Source: Candidatus Tectimicrobiota bacterium
GTDB lineage: Bacteria > JACPUC01
Reading direction: 5' to 3'
Assembly (NCBI GenBank): GCA_016192455.1
Contig: JACPUC010000003.1
Span: 186,001 to 250,000 of the forward strand
Length of the DNA: 64,000 bases
How positions within the stretch are numbered: the stretch's first letter is position 1; each line of letters starts with the position of its first letter. Under the pieces are notes generated by a model that was not told the DNA's origin, made no database searches, and saw only the letters and a list, made by a program, of their open reading frames with translations. The translations under genes and the position numbers were made by a program. Positions 29,438-39,691 of the stretch are shown here, one piece after another.

Positions 29438-30319
29438 CTACTCGCCGATGATGTTGCCGTTGGCGTCGTACTCGAAGAAGCCCTTGCCGCTCTTGCGGCC
29501 CAGGCGACCCGCCGCCACGTACGTGCGGTGGATCGGCGTGGGGCGGTAGCGCTCGCCGAGGTGCTGGTGCATGAACTCGAGGGCGTTGAGGCGGGTGTCG
29601 AGGCCCACCAGATCGACCAGCTCGAACGGCCCCATGGGGAAGTTGAGCCCCAGCCGCACCGCCTTGTCGATGTCGCGCGCCGACGCCACCCCCTCCTCCA
29701 GCATGCGGAACGCCTCGTTGCCGATGGCGGCGTTGATGCGCGAGGTGATGAAGCCCGCCTTGTCGTTCACCGCCACGGTCTCCTTGCCCATGCGCCGGGA
29801 GACCTCCTCGGCGAGGCGCAGGCTCTCGTCGCTGGTCTCCAGGCCCCTGACGATCTCGATCAGGCGCATGATGTGCGGCGGGTTGAAGAAGTGCATGCCG
29901 ATGACCTGCGCCGGACGCTTCGTGGCGGCGGCGATGGCGGTGATGCTGAGGGCCGAGGTGTTGGTGGCGAGCAGCGTGCGCGGCGGGCAGAGCTCGTCGA
30001 GCCGCGCGAAGAGGGCGCGCTTCAGCTCCAGGTTCTCGGTGACGGCTTCGATGACGACGTCGGCGTCCCCCACCGCCTCGCGCAGGTCGGTCGTGTAGCT
30101 GAGGTTGCCCAAGGCGCGCCGCATGTCCGCCTCTTCGTACTTGCCGCGCTCGATCCCCTTGCGCAGGTTCGCCTCGATGGTCTTGCGCGCCTTCGCCAGC
30201 GCCTCGGACGAGATGTCCTGCAGGCGCGTCGCGTAGCCGCCGAAGGCGCCGATCTGGGCGATGCCGTTCCCCATGATGCCGGAGCCGATCACCGCCAGGC
30301 GCGTCATCTCCTTCGCCAT
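29438..30319 (-). CDS. 3-hydroxyacyl-CoA (3-hydroxybutyryl-CoA) dehydrogenase
   Basis: GSGIMG, EAVTE, TNTS, GMHFFNP, PMGP and LGRKSGKGF motifs. Confidence 0.95.
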   Translation of the reverse strand: MAKEMTRLAVIGSGIMGNGIAQIGAFGGYATRLQDISSEALAKARKTIEANLRKGIERGKYEEADMRRALGNLSYTTDLREAVGDADVVIEAVTENLELKRALFARLDELCPPRTLLATNTSALSITAIAAATKRPAQVIGMHFFNPPHIMRLIEIVRGLETSDESLRLAEEVSRRMGKETVAVNDKAGFITSRINAAIGNEAFRMLEEGVASARDIDKAVRLGLNFPMGPFELVDLVGLDTRLNALEFMHQHLGERYRPTPIHRTYVAAGRLGRKSGKGFFEYDANGNIIGE

Positions 30320-30651
30320 CGTCTCTCTCCCTCATCCACCCCGCTGCTTCATCCTCGCAGACAGCGGCCCAGCATATCCGCCGTGCTGTCCCTCTCCCGG
30401 CGCCGCGTCGCGCTTGGCTTGAACCCTCGAAGATGATCACGATAGCAGGAGAGACCGGCAGGGGCAAGCGCCTCCCCGGCGCGGCGGCGAAGGCGCGAAA
30501 GCGTTTCCGAGGCAGTTCCCCATAGGCACGCCGCCTGCCCGCGAAGGGATGAACATGAGGTAGGCTCGGCGGGATTGTCCCCCGACGACGCGAGCCGTTC
30601 CTTGGTCCGCGACGGTCTGTAAAGGTGAAGCGCCGTGGATGGCCGGCCGTT

Positions 30652-30679
30652 GTAAGGGCGGTTCGCGAACCGCCCCTAC
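30652..30679. repeat. GTAG REP palindrome variant
   Basis: GTAAGGGCGGTTCGCGAACCGCCCCTAC. Confidence 0.8.
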
Positions 30680-30813
30680 GCCTGACCTGGTATCTCACAC
30701 GTACGCGGAGGGTCGAGCCTCGTGGGGCAGGGCTTGCCCTGCGCGCCTGTACCTCCCCTCAGGCATGCGGGATCGAGCCGGCGCGGCAGAAGGGCGGCAG
30801 TATGGCTCGGGGA

Positions 30814-31131
30814 TCACTCAGCGTCGCTCGTCGCGTCGCCGCCGCCCGGCGGCGTCCGCGCCCGCCACTGCTCCCGGCACTCGCTGATAACCTCGGCGGG
30901 GATCATCTTCACCGCCAGGTAGACCAGGAGCGGCACGATCACCGCGTCATCGAGATGCCCAATGATCGGGATAAAGTCCGGAATGATGTCGAACGGCAGC
31001 AGCAGGTAGCCCACCGCCAGCCCCAACAGCCACTTCGCCCGCCGCGGCGTGCGCGGGTGCCGCAGCACAAGCCGGTAGACGCCAAGCTCGGTCTTCAGGC
31101 CGCGGGCGAGAGATTGGAGGTGGGGGAGCAT
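30814..31131 (-). CDS. YkvA/DUF1232 family membrane protein
   Basis: YLLLPFDIIPDFIPIIGHLDD motif. Confidence 0.9.
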   Translation of the reverse strand: MLPHLQSLARGLKTELGVYRLVLRHPRTPRRAKWLLGLAVGYLLLPFDIIPDFIPIIGHLDDAVIVPLLVYLAVKMIPAEVISECREQWRARTPPGGGDATSDAE

Positions 31132-31186
31132 GGGGGGGTGGTCTTTGCTGGGGGCGAGGGGGAAGCGAATTTGATAAGCGAAGTTC

Positions 31187-31260
31187 TTGTGGGGGACCCT
31201 TGCTCCCCCCCACCCCCATTCCGCGCGAGCTGCTCAGCAGCTCGCGTAGGGGGGGTGCGC
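31187..31260 (+). repeat. Truncated MITE-family copy
   Basis: GGGGGACCCTTGCTCCCC-CACCCCC-CGCGAGCTGC..GCAGCTCGCG-GGGGTGCGC, matching 33425-33497. Confidence 0.75.
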
Positions 31261-31395
31261 CATGGCCAAGATTTCGCTTAGGTCTTGCATTCCTCAATAT
31301 AGGCCCTATCACTTTGGAGTAGGAGCACGCATGACCTTCGTGGGGTGACCACGTAGCCGCGTCCTGCACCACGTCTTGTTGGCCTGTCAGGCTAC

Positions 31396-31424
31396 TTGAC
31401 GAGGCGTATCTGGAGGATTATGCT
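31396..31424 (+). promoter_or_regulatory. Putative sigma70 promoter of the SEFIR/TIR gene
   Basis: TTGACG-N17-TATGCT. Confidence 0.6.
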
Positions 31425-31466
31425 AAATAGACTACTTATTTCTCTGCTCAAAGGTAAACATGACAA

Positions 31467-32897
31467 ATGACGGCGCCAAAGTTGTTCATATCATATAGTT
31501 GGTCAAGTCCGGACCACGAACAATGGGTCGCGGATTTCGCTACCGAGTTGCGTGAATCTGGCGTTGATGTGATCCTAGATAAGTGGGATTTGAGAGAAGG
31601 CCATGATGCTATCGCATTTATGGAGAAGATGGTTACAGACCCAGAGGTTAAGAAAGTCGTGATTGTTTCTGATCGCATCTACGCGGCGAAAGCTGATGGC
31701 AGGGCAGGTGGAGTTGGAAAAGAGACGCAAATAATTTCCAAAGAGGTGTATGAAAAACAAACGCAGGATAAATTTGTTGCGGTTGTTCGAGAAAAAGACG
31801 AAGAAGGCAAGCCTTATCTTCCAACCTATTATAAGTCAAGAATCCATATCGATCTGAGTGAGCCAGAAACATATGGCGCGAACTTCGAAAGGCTTCTGAG
31901 GTGGGCCTTCGATAAGCCACTTTATGTTAAACCTGAACTTGGCAACAAGCCCTCTTTCCTGGAAGAGGGTGAGCATGTGTCTCTCGGTACAACAGTAAGC
32001 TTTAGAAGAGCTATTGATGCCATAAAAAATAACAAGACTTACGCAGCAGGTGCATTAGACGAATATCTAAATACCTTTGTTCGCAACCTTGAACGATTTA
32101 GGCTTGAGAAGCCCATCGGAGAGTTCGATGATGCCGTGGTTAAGAATATCGAAGAATTCCTGCCTTTCCGCAATGAAGCCATTCAACTCTTTATTACAAT
32201 TAGTCAGTACTCTCAAGGCGGTGCATTCCTGTGGAGCATTCACCGATTCTTCGAGAACCTAATTCCATATATGGACAGGCCTCCCCATATTTCTACATGG
32301 CGCGATGAGGATTACGATAACTTCAGATTCATTGTTCACGAGTTGTTCTTATACACCTTGGGGATTTTAATCAAATTCGAATGTTTCGAACAAGCCAGAT
32401 ATATGCTGGAACAACGATATTACTTCCCCGGAAATTCTGAGTCTGGCCGGGACTCAATGGTTAAGTATTTGATTTTCCACCAACGCACGTCATCTCTCAC
32501 ACACCGCAGCAAGCGTCTCAATCGCCTTTCTGTTCGAGCTGATCTTTTGAATGAGCGTTGCACAGGGGTAGGTATCGAGTTCTTGCATCTCATGCAAGCT
32601 GACTTTGTAATATTTATGCGAGCGGAAATAGAATCTACGGATGATTACCCCCGGTGGTGGCCGGAGACTTTGTTATATATTCGTTACTCCCGTAGGCCAT
32701 TCGAAATATTTGCACGTTCGATATCGAAAAGCTATTTCGAGTTAGTTAAAGGACTTTTAGGAATTACATCTCCTACTGACCTGCAGCCATTGCTTACTAG
32801 TTATAGTGAAAGAAGGAGGCAGTTACCCAGGTGGGATTTCGACTCAATCAATCCTGGGGTACTACTGGGATCCGATAAATTGGCTTCAAAGTCATAA
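31467..32897 (+). CDS. SEFIR/TIR-domain protein, putative anti-phage
   Basis: KLFISYSW...GVDVILDKWDL.EG.D...FME...GVGKE; low GC. Confidence 0.85.
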   Translation: MTAPKLFISYSWSSPDHEQWVADFATELRESGVDVILDKWDLREGHDAIAFMEKMVTDPEVKKVVIVSDRIYAAKADGRAGGVGKETQIISKEVYEKQTQDKFVAVVREKDEEGKPYLPTYYKSRIHIDLSEPETYGANFERLLRWAFDKPLYVKPELGNKPSFLEEGEHVSLGTTVSFRRAIDAIKNNKTYAAGALDEYLNTFVRNLERFRLEKPIGEFDDAVVKNIEEFLPFRNEAIQLFITISQYSQGGAFLWSIHRFFENLIPYMDRPPHISTWRDEDYDNFRFIVHELFLYTLGILIKFECFEQARYMLEQRYYFPGNSESGRDSMVKYLIFHQRTSSLTHRSKRLNRLSVRADLLNERCTGVGIEFLHLMQADFVIFMRAEIESTDDYPRWWPETLLYIRYSRRPFEIFARSISKSYFELVKGLLGITSPTDLQPLLTSYSERRRQLPRWDFDSINPGVLLGSDKLASKS

Positions 32898-32920
32898 CTC
32901 GCGATCGGGGTTTGGTAAAG

Positions 32921-33022
32921 ATGTTACTTCAAAAAGACAGACGTGAGATTCGGCAGATCATTTGTGAGCATTTCCAGTATATCGAGCAACAATGGGATGA
33001 TTTTCAAAAGAGGCGCCACTAA
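32921..33022 (+). pseudogene. C-terminal remnant of a DUF4160-like protein
   Basis: KDRREIRQIICEHFQYIEQQWDDFQKRRH*; the stop overlaps the DUF2442 ATG (TAATG). Confidence 0.55.
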
Positions 33023-33279
33023 TGCCACGCCACCACGAGATAGCAGACCTGTATTTTGAAGGCGAGTTGATGGTCATGACCATTGACGGAGAAGTGAGAC
33101 GGTTCCCTCTCCACGAGGTATCGCCCGCTCTCGCGAAAGCCACGGAAAGAGAGCGAAACACGTTTGCAATCTCCCCATCGGGATATGGAATCCATTGGCC
33201 CTTGCTTGATGAAGATGTGTCCGTCGATGGTTTGCTGGGAGTCATTCATTCTCCTGACGTTCAACACAAGACCTCCTGA
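33022..33279 (+). CDS. DUF2442 domain protein (antitoxin-like)
   Basis: L.KAT..ER..F.ISPSGYGIHWPLLDEDVSVDGLL. Confidence 0.88.
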   Translation: MPRHHEIADLYFEGELMVMTIDGEVRRFPLHEVSPALAKATERERNTFAISPSGYGIHWPLLDEDVSVDGLLGVIHSPDVQHKTS

Positions 33280-33353
33280 CACCTCTCTCCCACCGCGACA
33301 CGCTAACCCGCGCCCCTGGCTTCACCCCCCCTTGTCATTTCCCCCCGCTGGTG

Positions 33354-33530
33354 CTAGTGTCACGTATCAGAAGCTCTATCACCAATTCGGCGCCATTCTC
33401 ATTCATATGAAGGGGGGATTTTTTTGTGTGGGACCCTTGCTTCCCCACACCCCCAGCTCCCGCGAGCTGCGCGGCAGCTCGCGACGTCGGGGTGCGCGAG
33501 GGGGCACTGCTCCCTCGCAGAATTATTAGA
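33354..33530 (+). mobile_element. Diverged MITE-like copy
   Basis: Starts CTAGTGTCACGTATCAGAAG and has the same internal hairpin order as the other copies. Confidence 0.7.
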
Positions 33531-33538
33531 ACCCGACG

Positions 33539-34435
33539 TTGCGCGAGGATCGACCCATTCTCGGACCCATCGTCGCCACGGTCTTTCCGGTCTACTTTGT
33601 CGCCGCGCTTGGTTTTGTGTATGGGCGGCTGCGTCCCATCCGCACCGATCTTCTCGCCGACCTCATCGTCTACATCAGCTCGCCCTGCCTGGCCTTCGTG
33701 TTTCTCACCCAGCGCCCCATTCGCCTGGAGGAGGTGAGCATCGTCGTCGGCTCGGGGCTGGCCGTCACCCTCTGCGTCGGCGCGCTGGCCCTGCCGATCC
33801 TGCGGCTGCTGAAGGCGCCCAGCACGGTCTTTTTGCCGCCGGTGATGTTCATGAACGCCGGCAACATGGGCATGCCGTTCGCCCTCTACGCTTTCGGCGA
33901 GGCGGGGCTGTCGCGCCAGGTGCTCCTCTTCGTGCTGGGGAGTTTCCTGCACAGCTCCCTCGGCGTCTACCTGGTGAGCCGCAAGCAGGGGACGTGGGAG
34001 TTCCTGCGCCTGCCGATCGTCTATGCCACGTTCCTGGGAGTCGCCGTCAACTTCCTCGGCTGGCGTCCGCCGGCGACGCTCATGCGGCCGCTGGAGCTCC
34101 TCGGCGGCATCACCATCCCGCTGATGATCCTCACCCTGGGGCTGAAACTCTCGACCGTCCGTCTGCGCGCGGTGAAGCTGCCGCTCCTCGCCGCCTCCCT
34201 GCGCCTGGGGCTCGGCTTCCTGGTGGGGGTGGTCCTCTTCTTCCTGCTGGGTCCCGAACGGCTGGAAAGCAAGGTCATCCTCCTCTACTCCGTCCTGCCG
34301 CCGGCGGTGGCGAACTTCATCTACGCCGAGAAGTTCAGGCAGAACGCCGACCAGGTGGCCGCCACGATCATGCTCGGCACGCTCATCAGCATGCTCACCT
34401 CGCCCCTCGTGCTCTACCTCGCCTACCGGTTCTGA
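33539..34435 (+). CDS. AEC family transporter
   Basis: SPCL.F, MNAGNMGMP and LPPAV motifs; highly hydrophobic. Start uncertain. Confidence 0.88.
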   Translation: MREDRPILGPIVATVFPVYFVAALGFVYGRLRPIRTDLLADLIVYISSPCLAFVFLTQRPIRLEEVSIVVGSGLAVTLCVGALALPILRLLKAPSTVFLPPVMFMNAGNMGMPFALYAFGEAGLSRQVLLFVLGSFLHSSLGVYLVSRKQGTWEFLRLPIVYATFLGVAVNFLGWRPPATLMRPLELLGGITIPLMILTLGLKLSTVRLRAVKLPLLAASLRLGLGFLVGVVLFFLLGPERLESKVILLYSVLPPAVANFIYAEKFRQNADQVAATIMLGTLISMLTSPLVLYLAYRF

Positions 34436-34523
34436 GGCGCCGCCGCAAGCGCCGCCGCGCCGCCGCGTTGGCCGCGAGCCGCCGACCCGGCGCCGCGCCC
34501 TGGCGCGACAGATAGTTCACATA

Positions 34524-34552
34524 TTGACAATCTCCGTGGAGCGCGCTAAGCT
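34524..34552 (+). promoter_or_regulatory. Putative sigma70 promoter
   Basis: TTGACA-N17-TAAGCT upstream of the Mo-subunit gene. Confidence 0.6.
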
Positions 34553-34739
34553 GAGGCCATATCGAGGCCATGGGCGTGGCGGAGCGTCGTCGGTCGGCCC
34601 GCGGCAGCGTTGTTCGGTAGGCGGCCGCCGCGCCACGGCATGAAACCGAGAGCCCCCTGCCCGCGGCCGTCTTCCTGCCCATGGGAAGCCTCTCTGCTTG
34701 CGCCTCCAGCGCCCCTGCACCTGCCCGGGAGATCGAGCC

Positions 34740-37172
34740 ATGTCACACGCCTCCCAGAACTGGGTTGGGAAACCAGTTCACCGCAAGGAAGACCCGCGCC
34801 TGTTGACCGGCAAGGGGACCTACGTCGATGACCTGCCGATCAGCCACCTCTGCCATGCCGCCATTCTGCGTTCGCCCTACCCGCACGCCCGCATCCGCGG
34901 CATCGACACGAGCGCCGCGGAGGCCATGCCGGGGGTGGTCGCGGTGCTGACCGGCGAGGATGTGAAGCGCATGGCCCGGCCCTTCCCCCTGGGCGTGGCG
35001 GCGCCGGTGAAGTACTACTGCATGGCGGTGGACAAGGCGCGCTTCGTGGGCGAAGCGGTGGCGCTGGTGGTGGCGCGCAGCCGCTACGCGGCGGAGGACG
35101 CTTGCGACGCCCTGGTGGTGGACTACGAACCGCTGCCGCCGGTGGTGGACATCGAGAAGGCCATGGCCGACGACGCGCCGATTCTGCACGAGAGCGTCGG
35201 CAGCAACGTGGCGAATCACCGCGTCCTGAACTACGGCGACATCGAGCAGGCCTTCGCCGAGGCGGACCTCGTCGTGCGCGAGAAGTTCGTCTTCCCGAAG
35301 TACAGCTCGACGCCGATGGAGACCTACGCCGTCATCGCCAAGTACCAGCCGGCGGAGAACCTTTACACCATTTGGTCGAACTTCCAGGGGCCGTTCATCA
35401 TGCACCCGGTGGTCTCCATGACCCTCGGCGTGCCGGAGACCAACCTGCGCTTCCTGGTGCCGTCGGACGTGGGCGGCGGCTTCGGCATCAAGTCGAGCAT
35501 CTACCCGTACCTCACCCTGCTGGCCTTGGCGGCGCGCAAATCCGGCGAGACGGTGAAGTGGATCGAGGATCGGCGCGAGCACCTGCTGGCCAGTTCCAGC
35601 GGCACCGACCGCGTCTCCTACCTCGAGGCGGCGGTGAAGAAGGACGGCACCATCCTGGGCCTGAAGACGAAGATCATGGACAACGTCGGCGGCTACCTGC
35701 GCACCCCCGAGCCGGCCTGCCTCTACAGCCGCACCGGCAGCTCCGTCGGCGCCTACAAGTTCCAGAACCTGCGGATCGACGCCTACGCCGTGATGACCAA
35801 CAAGTGCCCCACCGGCCCGAACCGCGGCTATGGCTGCCAGCAGCTCTACTTCAGCATGGAGCGCATGGTCGATCTCGTGGCGCGCGAGCTTGACATGGAC
35901 CCCGCCGCCATCCGCATGAAGAACTTCATCCAGCCGGAGGATTTCCCCTACACCACGCCGGCCGGCGGCGTCTACGACAGCGGCGACTACCCGGCGGTGC
36001 TGCGGAAGGCGCTGGACAGCGCCGACTACAAGGGGCTGCGCGAGCAGCAGGCGAAGGCGCGCGCCGCCGGCAAGCTGTTCGGCATCGGCATCGCCTGCGC
36101 GGTGGACCCCTCGGTCACCAACATCGCCTACATCACCGTCGCCTGGACCCCGGAGGAGCGCGCCGCGAAGAACTACCACGCCAAGTCCGGCTCCGGCGAG
36201 ACGGCGGTGGTGAAGATTGATCCCCTCGGCAACGTGACGGCCATCGCCAACACGGTGCCGGAAGGCCAGGGGCACGAGACGATCATCGCGCAGATCGTCG
36301 CCGATGAGCTGGGCCTCACCCCGGAAGACGTGCACGTCGTTACCGAGATGGACACCTTCACCCGCTTGTGGAGCATCACCACCGGCAGCTACTCCAGCCG
36401 ATTTGCGTCGGTGGGTTCGAGCGCCTTCGTCATGGCGGCGCGCAACCTGCGCCGCAAGATCATCAAGATCGGCGCGCACCTCCTGGAAGTCTCGGAGGAT
36501 GATGTCTACCTCGAGGAGGGCAAGGTGAAGGTGCGCGGCGCGCCGCAGCGCTCCGCCGAGCTGCGGCACATCGCCGGCACGGCCCACTGGAACCTCGCCT
36601 CCCTGCCGCCGGGCACCATGCCCGGCCTGCTGGAGACCTACGTCTACAACTTCCCCACCGCCGTGCCGCCGGACGAGAAGGATCGCATCGACTCGCAGCA
36701 GACCTACGGCTTCATCGCCGAAGTCCTCGCCGTGGAGATCGACCCGCAAACCGGCGAGATCGAGCTGAAGACTTACGTCTCGTCCCACGACGCCGGCAAC
36801 CTCCTCAACCCCCTCATCGTCGACGGGCAGGTATGGGGCGCCCAGGTTCACGGCGTCGCCGGGGCGCTCTACGAAGAGCTGGCCTACGGCGAGGACGGGC
36901 AGATGCTGGCGGCGACCTTCATGGACTACCTCTGCCCCACCGCCATGGAGCAGCCGCGCGTGAAGTTCGAGCACACCGAGACGCCCTCGCCCTTCTCGGT
37001 CCTCGGCTCGAAAGGGCTGGGCGAGAGCAGCACGATGGTGGCCCCGGCAACCATCGCCAACGCCGTGGACGACGCCCTGCAGCCGCTCGGCATCAGCATC
37101 ACCCAACTGCCCCTGCCGCCGACCCGCGTTTGGGAGCTGCTGCGGCGCGCCAAGTCAGCCTCGAGCGCGTAG
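34740..37172 (+). CDS. Xanthine dehydrogenase family molybdopterin-binding subunit
   Basis: RKEDPRLL, DVGGGFGIK, PNRGYG, EGQG and KGLGE motifs. Confidence 0.93.
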   Translation: MSHASQNWVGKPVHRKEDPRLLTGKGTYVDDLPISHLCHAAILRSPYPHARIRGIDTSAAEAMPGVVAVLTGEDVKRMARPFPLGVAAPVKYYCMAVDKARFVGEAVALVVARSRYAAEDACDALVVDYEPLPPVVDIEKAMADDAPILHESVGSNVANHRVLNYGDIEQAFAEADLVVREKFVFPKYSSTPMETYAVIAKYQPAENLYTIWSNFQGPFIMHPVVSMTLGVPETNLRFLVPSDVGGGFGIKSSIYPYLTLLALAARKSGETVKWIEDRREHLLASSSGTDRVSYLEAAVKKDGTILGLKTKIMDNVGGYLRTPEPACLYSRTGSSVGAYKFQNLRIDAYAVMTNKCPTGPNRGYGCQQLYFSMERMVDLVARELDMDPAAIRMKNFIQPEDFPYTTPAGGVYDSGDYPAVLRKALDSADYKGLREQQAKARAAGKLFGIGIACAVDPSVTNIAYITVAWTPEERAAKNYHAKSGSGETAVVKIDPLGNVTAIANTVPEGQGHETIIAQIVADELGLTPEDVHVVTEMDTFTRLWSITTGSYSSRFASVGSSAFVMAARNLRRKIIKIGAHLLEVSEDDVYLEEGKVKVRGAPQRSAELRHIAGTAHWNLASLPPGTMPGLLETYVYNFPTAVPPDEKDRIDSQQTYGFIAEVLAVEIDPQTGEIELKTYVSSHDAGNLLNPLIVDGQVWGAQVHGVAGALYEELAYGEDGQMLAATFMDYLCPTAMEQPRVKFEHTETPSPFSVLGSKGLGESSTMVAPATIANAVDDALQPLGISITQLPLPPTRVWELLRRAKSASSA

Positions 37173-37311
37173 CGGCAGCATCGGCGCGCCGCCGCGCCCT
37201 GCTCACGTCCTGCGTGGGAGGGAAGCGGAGGAAGTTGTTGTCGGCGGAGTGGATTTGCGGAGGAGAGGCGAGGCGGGGGATCAGGCGCGGCGGCGCCGCT
37301 CCCCCCGCTCT

Positions 37312-37460
37312 CAAGAGTTACGTCGCACAAGTTCCAGCCTAAATTCGACGCCCTCTTCGCGCCATGTGGCGGGGAAGTTTTTGCGGGGGACCCCTTCCTT
37401 CCCCGCACCGCCAATCCCCGCACGCGGTAGGGGTCTGGGGGATCAATGGTCCCCCAGAAA
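37312..37460 (+). repeat. Partial MITE-family copy between convergent genes
   Basis: GTTACGTCGCACAAGTTCCAGCCTAAATTCGACGCC matches the left part of the 38569 copy. Confidence 0.7.
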
Positions 37461-37479
37461 ATCCTCACCATCGACCCGC

Positions 37480-38181
37480 CTACGTCGCCCCGCCCTGCCA
37501 GGCCATGTCCCAGAAGAGCAGCTCGTAGCGGCAGCTTGCCAGGAAGTGGTCGGTCAGGCGCGCCTGCTGCTCGGCTGGCAGCGCCGCGGCCTGGAAGCGT
37601 TCATCGAGGAGGCGACGGCACCACTCCGCCAGCTCGCCGAAGGCGGGGTCGCTGTAGGTGGTGATCCAGGCGGCGTAGCGGCGATCGCCCGCCGCGGCGT
37701 CCGCCCCCCGCGCGGCACGCTCCCTCGCCAGCGTCGCGCCGATCTCCCAGTAGCCCCACATGCACGGCAGGAGCGCCGCGATCACCTCGACGAGGGGGGC
37801 GCTCCAGGCGACCGCCAGGAGGTGCCGGGTGTAGGCGCGCGTCGTCTCGTGCACCTCCGCCCCGGCCATCTCCGCCTCGCTCAACCCGAACTCGGCGGCG
37901 TAGGCGCGGTGCAGCGCCATCTCTTGCGTCAGCGTGCTCGACAGCAGGCCGGCGAAGCGCCGCATGAGGTCGAGGTCCGCCGCCTTGGCGCAGCAGAGCG
38001 CGAAGACGCGGCAGTAGTCGATGAGGAAGAGGTAGTCCTGGCCGAGGTAGAACGTGAACTTCCGCGCCGGCAGGGAGCCGTCGGCGATGCCGCGCACGAA
38101 GGGATGACGCAGCTCCGCTTCCCAGACGGGCGCCGCGGCCTGGCGCAGCCGGTCGGTGAACCGCGCCGGTCGATCGGGCAT
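37480..38181 (-). CDS. tenA: Thiaminase II (TenA, Cys-containing)
   Basis: HPFV.GI..G.L, YLGQDY, LLPCMWGY, WITTY and E..FWDMA motifs. Confidence 0.92.
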   Translation of the reverse strand: MPDRPARFTDRLRQAAAPVWEAELRHPFVRGIADGSLPARKFTFYLGQDYLFLIDYCRVFALCCAKAADLDLMRRFAGLLSSTLTQEMALHRAYAAEFGLSEAEMAGAEVHETTRAYTRHLLAVAWSAPLVEVIAALLPCMWGYWEIGATLARERAARGADAAAGDRRYAAWITTYSDPAFGELAEWCRRLLDERFQAAALPAEQQARLTDHFLASCRYELLFWDMAWQGGAT

Positions 38182-38270
38182 CGGCTGAACCTCCGCCGGC
38201 GCCGGCGAGGAGGTCTCGCGCCTTTCCTCCCTGCACCCGACGCCACGCTCGCGGCACTGAACCCAACCTG

Positions 38271-38488
38271 GTAGGGGCGGGGCTTGCCCCGCCCGCTCGC
38301 AGGGGCCGCCCCCTCGCTCGCGGCTCCGAAACGCAACCCGCCGCCGGACGCGCGCGGGCGGGGGGAGGTAGGACCGCCGGAGGCGGGCGGGGCAAGCCCC
38401 GCCCCTACATGATGGCTTGGGGCGGCGGGCGAGGCGCGGTCTGGTAGGGGCGGTTCGCGAAGGGATCAATGATCCCAACCGCCCCTAC
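38271..38488. repeat. REP cluster: inverted doublet plus an interrupted REP
   Basis: GTAGGGGCGGGGCTTGCCCCGCCC with an inverted copy ending at 38408; the REP at 38444-38488 has a central insertion. Confidence 0.8.
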
Positions 38489-38568
38489 GGGGTCCGCGGG
38501 CCAGGCCATGAATAGGCGCCGGCCAGTTTACGAGGCCGCGAGGTCCTGGCTGGCGGGCCACCCGGCTT

Positions 38569-38784
38569 CTAGTGTTACGTCTCACAAGTTCCATCCTAAC
38601 TTCGACGCCTTCTTCGTGCCATCTGCAGGGGGAAAATTTTTTGTGGGGGACCCTTCCTTCCCCACACCCCCACTCCCCGCACGCGGTAGGGGCGGTTCGC
38701 GAACCGCCCCTACGATGAGGGGTGCGCGAGGGGGCGAGGCTCCCTCGCAAATCTAGGCGATCTAATTTGAGAAACCGCACACTA
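38569..38784 (+). mobile_element. ~215-bp MITE-like element with internal REP
   Basis: CTAGTGTTACGTCTCA...TGAGAAACCGCACACTA; similar to 26704-26913. Confidence 0.8.
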
Positions 38785-39486
38785 CCGCTTCGGCAGCCCG
38801 GCGAAGTAGTCCTTCGCCGCCTGCAGGGAGATCACGTCGGCATACTTGGCGTTCATATCCCACAGGTTGATGGCGTGGCTGGCCTGGCCGCGGTCGAAGG
38901 TGCACTCCTCCACCACGCCGACGTAGAGGTTGTAAGAGAAGGCGTCGATCACGGTGCCGCGCACGCAGCCGCTCGTCGTGGTGCCGCAGACGATCAGGGT
39001 GTCGATCTCCATCTCGGTGAGGTAGCTCATCAGCGGCGTGCCGAAGAAGACGCTCGGCTTTTGTTTGCGGATGACGATATCCTCGTCCTTCGGCTCGATG
39101 TCCTTGACGATCTGCACGCCCAGGTGGCCGGCGGTGTCCGTCACCTCACCGGCGCGCGCGTTCTTCGTCGCCCAGCGGCCGTAGTCGCGCAGCGTCTGGC
39201 GCCCCTCGCTGGTCGAGTAGAGGACCGGCGCCTTCGCCGCCCGCGCCGCCTCCAGCAGCTCGCGGATGTAGCCCACGGCCACCCAGCCCTCCTCGCCGCA
39301 ACTGTTGCGGAAGCGCTTGATCGACTCGAGGATCGGCTCCGGGCGGTCGCCCACGAAGTTGTAGTTCACGTCCACAATCAGCAGCGCCGGGCGCGCGCCG
39401 AGCTTTCCCTGCCGCCCGTACCCGGCCGCCTCGAAGACCTTGCGGTCGCGTTCGGTGATGAAGTCATCCCACACACGCTTCGCCAT
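38782..39486 (-). CDS. Isochorismatase family cysteine hydrolase (N-carbamoylsarcosine/maleamate amidase-like)
   Basis: PALLIVD, KQKPSVF and GTTTSGCVR motifs. Confidence 0.9.
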   Translation of the reverse strand: MAKRVWDDFITERDRKVFEAAGYGRQGKLGARPALLIVDVNYNFVGDRPEPILESIKRFRNSCGEEGWVAVGYIRELLEAARAAKAPVLYSTSEGRQTLRDYGRWATKNARAGEVTDTAGHLGVQIVKDIEPKDEDIVIRKQKPSVFFGTPLMSYLTEMEIDTLIVCGTTTSGCVRGTVIDAFSYNLYVGVVEECTFDRGQASHAINLWDMNAKYADVISLQAAKDYFAGLPKR

Positions 39487-39691
39487 GGCGCTCTCCTTCA
39501 ACCCTTGCCTTCCACGACCTGGACAATCCGGCCACGCACGAAAAGGTTTTCATCCTTCGATATCCTGGGTAGCCCCGCGTGAGCCGCAGCGAGGAGCTAC
39601 CGCGCACCATGCCCATTCCTGGGGAGCCAGTATACGGTAGCGCCGCCATGATGCAACGGCAACCGGATGCAGGAGCATTCACGTCCAGTCA

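Noticed and set aside
38181-38300. TPP riboswitch upstream of tenA
   Set aside because: The CTGAGA and AACCTGA core motifs were not found in the right arrangement; the region is REP-derived.
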